Positions 37,472 through 47,300 of a DNA stretch of 64,000 nt are shown one piece after another. Positions within the stretch are counted from its first letter, which is position 1. Every line of letters begins with the position of its first letter. Origin of the DNA: a virus (Duplodnaviria; Caudoviricetes); the IMG/VR virus record IMGVR_UViG_2910013374_000001, positions 32,001 to 96,000 of that record; one strand, written 5' to 3'. The position numbers and the translations under genes were made by a program. Below the pieces are notes generated by a model. That model was not told the DNA's origin, did no database searches, and was given only the letters and a program-made list of their open reading frames with translations.

Positions 37472-37508
37472 GGACTGGGAACCCTAGCCGTGATGCCAGG
37501 CCCCTTGT

Positions 37509-39950
37509 ATGCCCGATTACAACTACCTGGAAGATCTCACCGATGCTGAGCTTGAAGCTCTTCGGGTCGAGGTCGCTTCACGTTGTTCGGTGTGCCAGGT
37601 CGAGGTCGAGGATTTACAGGACGCTTTAGACGATGCAAGCCAGGCAGAAGAAAACGCTCAACAGACATACGAAGACACCGTTGAAGCAGTAGTCCAGATT
37701 CCAACTGTTGTTGGTGAAACATCTGTTTCTTCGGGTGGCTCTGGTCCAGACGTTGTCGAATTCATTGCCATCGATATCCCTGTCGGCGCTGTGGTCTCCA
37801 CCGGAAATGGTGACGATGGCATCGGAGTCCTTACGAGCTGGGATGTCCCAGAGGAGTTGCGGCTCAACTTCAACATCTTGGTCTTCGTTTCAGGCGAGAA
37901 GGTTGGAGCGAATGCCCAGATCCTTGAAGCGGACTACATCGGCGGCATCCCTGACTTCCAGGACAGCATCCTTGTCTCTGACGATGGTGTGATCATTCCA
38001 GATCTGTTTGATCCAGAGGTGGAGCGCAGTCCGGATCAGACTTTCTTTGTTGGAACAGGTCCGAAGGCTTTTGAAGAGGTCTTCACGGTGAGGGTCTTCG
38101 CTGAGGTTCCAAACCAAACCTTTGATGTCAGCACATTCGCGAAACCTGCTGATCAGATCTTCAGCGTTGAGAGCATTCGGACTTACGGCATCTCCGTGGC
38201 TGAGCCTCCTTTCCTCGTAGAGGTGGGTCCAGAAGTACCCGACCAGATCTTCAGTACCAGGACGAGCGCGACTCCTCCGGACAGGACTTTTGTTGTCAAC
38301 CGTGGAGCAGAGATTCCCTCGCAGGTTTTCGAAGTACTCACAGGCAACACCTTCGAGGTCTTTACTTCTTTCGCACCTCCGGACAGAACGTTCTACGTGC
38401 AACTGGGTCCACCACCTGCCAGAGATCCGGATCAAATCTTCGGCGTCTCAGTCGGAGGCCCCGACGCTCCTCCGATCCCCGATCCTTTCCAGATCTTCGA
38501 CGTTTCAACGTCATGGGCGACCCCGGACAGAGTTCTCGACATCAAGGTCATCACCAACCGAGTGGTGGATGCCTTCGAGGCTCCCTTCTCCGTCACCGTC
38601 GGCCCAGAAGCACCGTCCCAGGTCTTCGAAGTCATCACAAGCGCCATCCCTTACGACCAACTGTTCAGCTTTGAGGTTGGACCTGAGATCCCCACTCAGA
38701 TCTATGACACTGCTGTCATCCAGGAGTTCGAGGTTGATGCCTACGAGCGCAGGGTCACCTATCAGATCCAGGAATCCAATATCTCTGGCGATGAGAACTA
38801 CATCGTCAGCGGTGAAGGCCTTGAGTTTGCTGTTGAACCAGAGATCGCTCTGAAGGTTGGTCAGATGGCTCACCTCTACGTGAACACCCCAGGGAATGCC
38901 CTTTGGATCAAGGACGTCCAAGAGGCGGGTGCAGGCGAACTCGACCCCTACTTCGTGTCAGTTACAAACCAAGGCACGACCAACAAGCTTGTGAAGGCTC
39001 AGTTCTTGCAGAGCGGGACCTTCTACTACCAGTCGGAGTTCAACGCTGAAGCCTTTGGTGTCATCGAGGTGACAGGCGTGTCTTCTGCAGCTCCTGATCA
39101 AATCTTTGATGTCTTCGTTGGAGCTGATCCCACGGGGTTCAGCGAATTGTTCGATGTGACCGTCGGCCCGGAATTCCCTGACGAGGTCTTCGTCGTGGAC
39201 ATTCAAAACGAAGCGCCTCCTGTTCACCAGATCTTCGAAAGCACTGTTGGACCTGAGCTTCCTCTCGAGAGCTTCGAAGTTCTCAGCGCAACCGCGCCGC
39301 TCTCCTACAACGTGACCAACTCTGGAGCTGGCTCGTACCTGTTCAGCGGGAATGGACTGAGTTTCGCGTCCAATCCCACACTCAATCTCGAGGTGGGGCA
39401 AATGCTCGAAATTGCTATCAATGCAGCCGGCCACCCCTTCTACGTCAGCGACAGCAACTCAAGTGGCGTGAAGGACTCCGTCACTCCTTACATCCACGAC
39501 ATCGTCGGTCAGGGGGCTGCTTTAGGAGCGATCCGCGTGATCTTCTCCCAGCCCGGCACGTACTACTACAACTGCGGTTTCCATGCCGCCATGAGTGGAG
39601 AGATCGTCGTCACGGGCGTCGGCATGGATCAGAAGATCTACACGGTGTCGCAGGCTCAGGATCGCTACACCCTCTCCGGTGAAGGCTTGCTGAATGAGAG
39701 CAACCCGACCATCAGCGTCGGTGTGAGCGAAACCTTGTTCTTGTCTGTGGTGGCACCGGATCAGCCCGTCTACATCAAACGCGCTCCTGGCACTGGCACC
39801 GAAGTCCAGAGCCCCGACTTCATGCAGCTCCTTGTGAGACAGGGAACAACTGACGGCCTTATGAAGATGCGCTTCCTGCTTCCCGGCACCTATTACTACG
39901 CCAGCTCGAACGACCAGAAGTTCGGGGGAGTGATTGAAGTCACGGCCTAA
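37509..39950 (+). CDS. Tail-associated protein with PDQIF repeats and three cupredoxin-like domains
   Basis: Many [G]PExPDQ[IV]F.V units; three P.I.L.VG...GTYYY..G.I.V domains, one with GHPF...CGFHAAM. Confidence 0.75.
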   Translation: MPDYNYLEDLTDAELEALRVEVASRCSVCQVEVEDLQDALDDASQAEENAQQTYEDTVEAVVQIPTVVGETSVSSGGSGPDVVEFIAIDIPVGAVVSTGNGDDGIGVLTSWDVPEELRLNFNILVFVSGEKVGANAQILEADYIGGIPDFQDSILVSDDGVIIPDLFDPEVERSPDQTFFVGTGPKAFEEVFTVRVFAEVPNQTFDVSTFAKPADQIFSVESIRTYGISVAEPPFLVEVGPEVPDQIFSTRTSATPPDRTFVVNRGAEIPSQVFEVLTGNTFEVFTSFAPPDRTFYVQLGPPPARDPDQIFGVSVGGPDAPPIPDPFQIFDVSTSWATPDRVLDIKVITNRVVDAFEAPFSVTVGPEAPSQVFEVITSAIPYDQLFSFEVGPEIPTQIYDTAVIQEFEVDAYERRVTYQIQESNISGDENYIVSGEGLEFAVEPEIALKVGQMAHLYVNTPGNALWIKDVQEAGAGELDPYFVSVTNQGTTNKLVKAQFLQSGTFYYQSEFNAEAFGVIEVTGVSSAAPDQIFDVFVGADPTGFSELFDVTVGPEFPDEVFVVDIQNEAPPVHQIFESTVGPELPLESFEVLSATAPLSYNVTNSGAGSYLFSGNGLSFASNPTLNLEVGQMLEIAINAAGHPFYVSDSNSSGVKDSVTPYIHDIVGQGAALGAIRVIFSQPGTYYYNCGFHAAMSGEIVVTGVGMDQKIYTVSQAQDRYTLSGEGLLNESNPTISVGVSETLFLSVVAPDQPVYIKRAPGTGTEVQSPDFMQLLVRQGTTDGLMKMRFLLPGTYYYASSNDQKFGGVIEVTA

Positions 39951-39995
39951 GGGCGTTCGGAACCCTACGGCCGAACACGCGACGCCCCCCATTCA

Positions 39996-40334
39996 ATGGC
40001 TGTCTTTTACATCGACAATGTCGCCCAGGACACCTTGACCATGGTGAAGGGCAACATCTACCGCTTCGACCAGAACAACGGGTCGAATGCTGCAGCACCC
40101 TTAAGTCTTTCCGAAACCGAGGACGGCGACAACAACGCTGGCGCCCCATACACCGTGGGCGTGAGCTACTGGTTGAACAATCTTGAGGTGAACAGGACCA
40201 CTTACCTGTCCGGCTTCGCAGGCGCCACCTCCCGCTTCATCCAGGTCCAAGTCGACCCCTCTGCACCAGCGGTCCTCTATTACTACGCAGTCGGAACACC
40301 GACCATGGGCGGCCCGATCAATATCACCACCTAA
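39996..40334 (+). CDS. Small virion protein with cupredoxin-like fold
   Basis: LTMVKGNIYRFDQ..SN..PL...APAVLYYY...MGG. Confidence 0.7.
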   Translation: MAVFYIDNVAQDTLTMVKGNIYRFDQNNGSNAAAPLSLSETEDGDNNAGAPYTVGVSYWLNNLEVNRTTYLSGFAGATSRFIQVQVDPSAPAVLYYYAVGTPTMGGPINITT

Positions 40335-40348
40335 AGGAGGGCTGAACA

Positions 40349-40786
40349 ATGCCAGTCCCCTCACAGGTATCGGCCGCCGAACTAGCGCGGGTGGCCGAGA
40401 AGTCGTACATCAACAACACGTTTCGTGTTGCCTTGGTGGATGCCCCTGGCAGCGACTTCGACGCAACCGACTCACTGTCAACGATCTTGGCGAACGAGGT
40501 CACCTCGGGGCTTGGCGGTTACAGCCGCCAGCAAATTGGCTACACCTCAGCTGACCTTGACAGCTACAACAACGGCAGGAGAGCTCTCGCTCGTAAGGCA
40601 GCCACCTTCGTTCACAACGGGAATACAGCGGAGACGGTCCGCTTCTCTCACGTCGTGCTGCTGAACCCCACAGAAACCGCTGCAGTTGCAGTCACCAAGC
40701 TCTCGGCGCGAGCAACGTTGAGTGATGGGCAGTCCGCGATCTTTTACTTCGACTTAACGCTCTACGGAGTGTTTGTGGTGGAGTAA
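40349..40786 (+). CDS. Minor tail protein
   Basis: NEVTSGLGGYSRQ motif common in small tail proteins. Confidence 0.7.
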   Translation: MPVPSQVSAAELARVAEKSYINNTFRVALVDAPGSDFDATDSLSTILANEVTSGLGGYSRQQIGYTSADLDSYNNGRRALARKAATFVHNGNTAETVRFSHVVLLNPTETAAVAVTKLSARATLSDGQSAIFYFDLTLYGVFVVE

Positions 40787-41067
40787 TGGCGAACGAGATA
40801 CAAGCTGACCTTTTAGGAGCACTGCTCAACTTTCAAGAGTTGGTCAGGACCGAGGAGGTCGTGAGTGCAAAGGAAGCGGCGCTTGATGAACGCAAAAGAA
40901 CTGATGTGACCGGCCGCTGGTGGGGTTACACCGCCGATGGTTCCGGACTGGTTCTTTACAACGGCCAGCTTTATGAAGCCGAGCTTTTATCCAATACCTG
41001 TCGCCCGAAGTACTCACCCGTGAACCTCAGAAGGACACGCCAGGGCAACTTCGTCGATTGGCAATAG
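40786..41067 (+). CDS. Small tail-associated protein
   Basis: TAATG overlap; N-terminal helix resembles that of 41326. Confidence 0.7.
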   Translation: MANEIQADLLGALLNFQELVRTEEVVSAKEAALDERKRTDVTGRWWGYTADGSGLVLYNGQLYEAELLSNTCRPKYSPVNLRRTRQGNFVDWQ

Positions 41068-41103
41068 TCCGGAACCCTACGCCGACTCAAGCGGACTCGA
41101 GCG

Positions 41104-41322
41104 GTGTCGATCAATAGGCCTGAACTCAAGAACACCATCGGCCATCGGTTCGCGACTGACACCGCCATCGCGTGGCGGACAAAGAACCCAATTACTGCAA
41201 GTCCACCAGACAACGTGCCCCTCTTCCCTGGGCAGTTGATCGCGGTCCGCACTGGACCCGCCAGCTGTGACCTTTACGTGGGATCCGACGACCGGTCTCG
41301 CTGGTTGAAAGTCGGAGGCTGA
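41104..41322 (+). CDS. Small tail-associated protein
   Basis: GTG 34 nt after CGGAACCCT; PGQL...LYVG...RWLKV. Confidence 0.65.
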   Translation: MSINRPELKNTIGHRFATDTAIAWRTKNPITASPPDNVPLFPGQLIAVRTGPASCDLYVGSDDRSRWLKVGG

Positions 41323-41325
41323 TCA

Positions 41326-44300
41326 GTGTCTACCGAAAGAGATCTCCTGAATGACCTCCTAAGGATTCAGGGCGAGATTCGTGCGATGGAACAGGAGGAG
41401 TACGAGCTCTCATACGAAGAGCCCGATCCTGGTCAGCGCCATGGAGGAATCGACGGCTCCGATACCTACGAGCAACGAAGCGGACTCAATTACACGGACT
41501 CGAGTCCTGCTTCCATCCCGCCCGGAACGCTCATCGTCGAGTCTCCGGCTGACGATCCTGGTGGCTTGATCTTTGCGGATCATCCCCGCCCTCAAAAAAA
41601 CAAGGACGGCTCCTGGACCGATGCTCCTTGCACGAACGGTGTCAGCTGCGCCGGTTCTGACTTCTGCTACTCGGACTACGAGTGCGACCGCTGCTCTCAG
41701 TGCGTCAACTCTCAGTGCGTTGAGATTGACCCCAATCGGCCCTGCAACTCCAACGCAGACTGCCCCTGCGCCCCAAGCGAAGACCAGAGCTACGTCTGCG
41801 AGAACACCCAGTGCAAGCTGACCTGCGCTGAGACACCAGACTGCCCGCTAGGCCAGGCCTGCAACCTTGACAGCTTTCTCTGCGAGCCAGGCTGTGAGAG
41901 CGATGATGCCTGCGATCCCAGCAGCTCAAACGCGGCTCCTGACGCGAAGTCCAACTCGATCTGCGTGAACTTTGAGTGTGTTCGGCCTTGTGAGCCGGAT
42001 CTCATCTGCAAGGGTCCAAATGACACCACGACGTGCCCAGAGGGCAGCTACTGCGGCGAACGTGTCGGCAAAGCTCAAGGTGATGGCGATGGCGAGATCT
42101 ATGCCTGTCTCGATGGCTGCTCTAAGAACGAGCAGTGCCAGCCAGAGATCTTTACCGAGCGATGCGATACCGATGTTGATCCCGATTGCTCAGACAAGAG
42201 CTACGCATACGAGACCTTCTGTGTCGACAACTCTTGCGTCAGGCCGTGCAATGGGAACGAAGACTGCCCTACGGACTTCGGCTATGGATGCGTCGCGGGA
42301 ATCTGTGAGTCCATTGGCTTCATCTGTGTTGGCGATGGCGACTGTGGAGATGGCGAGTACTGCAATGGCGATGGCCGCTGTTCCTCTGGATGCACCGGCG
42401 ACATCGATTGCCGCAAGGAATGTCCAGCACTATCGGAATGCGTTTCTACCTGTCCGCCGGAGCCCTCATGCTCTTGCCTGACTATCTATGGCGAGGACTC
42501 CCTCTGCGATCCGAACGACGATTCTTGGAAGCAATTTTGTGAGCGCGATCCTGCCTGCTTAGGTCGCTGTCCCAGGGATCCAGGTTGTCTTGAGAGCTTC
42601 AACCCCAACGCAGTCTGCGACCAAAACACCTGCATCACTCCCTGTCCTTGTGAAGAGGGTTACAAGTGCGAGGAGGTTGAAGGCAGATCCCCTCGCTGCG
42701 TTTCGGTGACCTCCCGGTCAACCATCGAGAAGTGTTGGGAATGGACCGAAGAGACAGTCGACGCAGACGGAAATATCGAGATCGTCGAGTTTCGCGAATG
42801 CGCTTTTATCAGCCCGAAGCTTGATGAGGATTTCTACGGCTGCGAGTGCGGCGAGCTGTGCACCAAGCAAGGCACGTGTGCCCCTGGTGTCTGTTCGGTG
42901 GATTCGGACTGTGAGAGCTGCAGCTATTGCGACGACGGAGTTTGCGTTCCAGGCTGTGATTCAGAGAATCCATGTGCTGCTGGAAAGTGCTGCCAGAACG
43001 ATGGCAAGTGCCACCTCCTTTGCGGCTCTGACAGTGACTGCCCTGACCCCGAGATGTGTCTGGCCGGCGGCTGTTGTGGCATTGCCTGCGAGCCCATCGT
43101 CACCTGCAATCAAAAAAGCGACTGTCCCGAAGGGAGCTATTGCTCAGGGGCTGGCATCTGCGAGGCGGGCTGCCAAGAGCAGAGCGACTGCGAGAACGGT
43201 GAGATCTGCTTCCAGTTCGGATGCGAGCAGTCATGCGGCGCTGGTTGTTTAGACGGAACGATCTGCGGTCCTGACGGATTTTGCATCAGTACTCCCAAGC
43301 CACCATGCAGTAACGACAACGACTGCACCGATGGCATCTGCCTCGATGGTTCCTGCAATTCGAATGGTTGCCGAACCGATTCAGAGTGTGGCCGCTATGG
43401 GATCTGCAGCGGTCAGACATGCACCAACTATTGCTTAGACGATGCTGAGTGCGCGTCTCTCAACACTGAGACCGAAGACTCAAGGTGCCAGCGCGACACA
43501 GGATCACAGGAAGAAATCAGGCAAAGATACGAGCGCCTCAAGTGGATGGAGGCGAACGGCCAAAATCCTGATCCACAAGAGCTGCAGCGCTACACGGCTC
43601 TGTTCAACAACCTGACAAAAGCTGGCAAATGTGCGCTTCAACCAAGTGGCATTGACAGTCCAGACGGTCGCACTGGATGCGAGTGCTACGAGAATTGCGA
43701 CGAGCAGGGTCGCTGCAGTCGATCAGTTTGTGCCAACACGGGCGACTGCGAGTGCGGCGACTGCTTAACGGACAACAAATGTGGCTACTGCAGACGAGAC
43801 CAGGACTGCAAGAACAGTCAGGTCTGCGACATTGCGGAAGGCGAGTCAGATGGAGTTTGCGCCACTCCTTGTATCCCGGCCTCACCCTGTGGCTCCGATG
43901 GTGATTGTCCGGCGGACAGCTACTGCCGACCCGACGCGTTCGGTCGAACTGAAGAAGAGGGTGGCGGTGCCCAGTGCACCCAGGGATGCCGGAGCGACGC
44001 GAGCTGCCTTCCGGGGCAGAAGTGCTACGACAACCGCTGCCTCCCTACTTGTTCGAGTGGCAGCGATTGCAATACGGACACGGAGCTATGTCTTCGTGGA
44101 GTTTGTGTTGAGGTTGGATACTCCTGCCTTTCTGATAGCGACTGTCCTTCCAGTGAGGGCTGGTGCTTAAACGGATATTGCGCGGAGGATATTCGCTGCT
44201 CTGGCGACGAGGACTGCTCAAGCTCTGAGGTCTGCAATCCCGCGACCAGCATGTGTGAGCAGGGTGATCGCTGCAGCTCGAGCAGCGATTGCAAGAGAAC

Positions 44301-47300
44301 ATGCGAGTCCGATCTTGACTGCGGCAATAAGCAGTGCGAATCAGCTGCCGACTGCACTGAACCTGGTCAGACCTGCAAGCAGTTCGGTTCTGTTGGCATC
44401 TGTGTCGGCGGTTCGGACTACGGAGCCTGCTCTTCTGGTCTTTGCATTGGTGGCAGTTCAGACAATCGCTACTGCGACACAAGAGGCGTCTGCCAGCAGG
44501 GTGAGGCCTGCAACAGCGACAGCGACTGCAACTTTCCCAAGAGCTGCTACAACGGCGGCTGCCAGTTCAAGCGTCGCTGCAACGGCGACAGCCAGTGCCA
44601 GCAGGGAGAGTTCTGTGACGCAGGTTTCTGTGCTGGCGATAACCGCTGCGACGGCGACTATGACTGCGTTGAGGGCTACGCCTGCAACCAGTCAGGACGT
44701 TGCTTCAACGACGATCAGCGGGTCACCGCTATTGAGATTGGCTGCGAAGACTGCCAGATCTGCAACCCCACCACTTTCCGCTGCGGGAATGAGGTTTGTC
44801 CGGGCGACGGCGACAACGGTGACAACGGCGACGAATGCCTGTCCGATAGCGACTGCGAAGCAGGCAAGTGCGTCTGCGATGGCTCTGGAGAAGATCGCTC
44901 ATGCCAGTGCATCGAATGCCGCAACGATCAGGACTGCGCGGATGCTTATGGCAGCGGGGACTTGGTTTGCGTTGAAAATGTTTGCGAGACCCCTTGCTAC
45001 ACGGGGCTTTCGACCGGCGACTGTTTCACCGGCCTCTTCTACGGAGACACCTGTGGCAACTGCCCCGACAAGTGCCCAGGAAATGCTGTGTGCACAGAGG
45101 TCGACAAGGTCTGCGGTACTTACGAGATCTTCGTAGAAGGCAAGGCCTATACGCGTCCAATCCTTTGCAAAGAGTGCGTCGGCAATTGCCAGGCCGACAG
45201 TGACTGTCCTGACGATTCGATCTGCTCCAACTCTGGCGCCACGAGCGGCCAGTGCGTCTCGTTCGATGGAACCTGTGACACCGATCTCGACTGCCAGAGG
45301 TTCAACAGCAAGTTCGGCGAGTCCATGTACTGCATGAACAACAAATGCGAAGTGGGTGAGACCTGTATCGGAAGCTCTGACTGTTCAGGACAAGAGCTCT
45401 GTGGTGGTGAAGGCTTCTGCAGGAAGGGGGTCTGCCTGGAGGATGAAGACTGCGGTGGCGGGCGCACTTGCGTCTTTGGTGCCTGTGAATTCACCTGCGA
45501 GGTGCAAGCCCTTGTCTGTGAGTGCAGTCTCGACCCCTACAGCCCTGGAATTTTGTGCCCAGAGGGATACAACTGCAACTGCGATACCAACCTCTGCAGT
45601 CGTGAGGGCTACCCCGGTATCGAGCCGACCATGGACGCGGAGTCTTGCCCAAGTGGCACTTTCTGCGACACGGCAAGAAAAGGCTGCAGGCCATTCATTC
45701 AAGGCCAGCTGGAGTGCTTCACCGATGCTGGCTGTTTTGGAGCAAAGACCTGCGAAAAAGGCCTCTGCGTTTCTCGGGATGAATTTGGAGAAGAGGTTCC
45801 CGATCCCGATCTGGGCGACAATCGCGACAACGCTAAAGCTGCTGACAACTGCGAGCCTCTCGACAAATGCTGCAACGACGAGGGGTTCTGTGACGACTGC
45901 CCCTGTGATGATGAGCACCCTTGCCAGGAAGGCTGCTGTGACCCGGAGTCGGGCTTATGTATCGACTTCAATGAGCACCCTCAAACAGAACTCGGAGCTC
46001 CCGAGTCCTGCACTTTTGGAGAGGTCTACTGCGAAGTTTTAGGTCCAGAAGGTGATCCACTCGACGTTGTGGTTCTTGGCAAAGGCAAGGGCTACCAAGG
46101 TTGCGAATTCGTCTACGAGGACGAAGATGGCATTCCGCTGAAAGATGGTGAGCGCCGCAAGGTCTGCTGGTCTGGCGCCGATCTCAGCTCGGCGCAGACA
46201 TACAAGCTGCTCGTTCAGGAATGCAAGGCCGAGCAAGAAGAGGACAAAGAATGCGAGTGCGATGAAGTGCCTCCAGAAGAAGACGAGTGCTTCCGCAATA
46301 AAGACTGCGGGAATTGCATGGTCTGCAGGTCTAAGACCTGGCAGAGCACTCCCTGCTGCCCAGTAGCGGATGAGGCTGGTAACGACAGCGTTACGAGAAA
46401 TCTCTGCCGTGCTGTCAATGGAACTTTTGAAGAAGAAGCGCCTGACGAGGACGAGGAATGTGGTTGCTTGTCCGCTTCTGACTGCGGACCCTGTGAGGCC
46501 TGCAACTTCAACGGCTTAAACGGTGAAGAGGGCAGGTGCGTGGCCAAGTGCGAGGAGCTGTGCCCCGATGGAGGCGAACTCAGTACTGGCGGAAAGTGCC
46601 CAACCTGCGAGGAGAGGTTCGGTAAGTGCGTCGAGGGAGTTTCAGCCACAGTTAAACCTGCAGGCGTTGATCCAGAAACTGGACAAGCGGTTCCGGCGGT
46701 TACGAAAAGCACTTGCCAAGTCAAGGACGCGAACCAGTGCTGCAGTGGTTTCAGTACTCCTGAAGAGGCAGGCAAAAAACGCGACTCTTGCGAGCTAAAA
46801 ACAGAGACGGATCAGAACGGCAACCTGGAAACCATCGAAGTCCCCTGGTGTATCGACTTCGACGCGGGCATCTGCGCTGGTTGCACAGAAGACAGCCACT
46901 GCTCTGGCAATAAGACCTGTAGGGGCTACCAGTGCGTCGTTCAGTGCGGCCAGGAAAATGCTGTTGATCCTGAGGCCGGTGACTGCTCTTGCTGCACCGA
47001 CGATGGCCAATGCAAAGAGCTCTACGAGAATTGGACAGAATCCCGCGCAAGCGGTGACGAAGGCCAAACCAGACCGTGCTCGTGCACACAGAATGGAATT
47101 GATTGTGCTCCTTACCAAGAAGCAGAGTCCTGCTACGCCTGGGTTCGAGTTGATGGCGGGGAAGGTGGAGATGGTGATCAAGCCAAGGCTGATCGCGACA
47201 AAAATCTTGAGCAGTTGGATGAGTATGAGAAACAAGAACCCTTGCTTCGCTTCGATCTTGAGGATGCGTTGGCCGCTGTCCCTGATGCTTGCATCAACCA

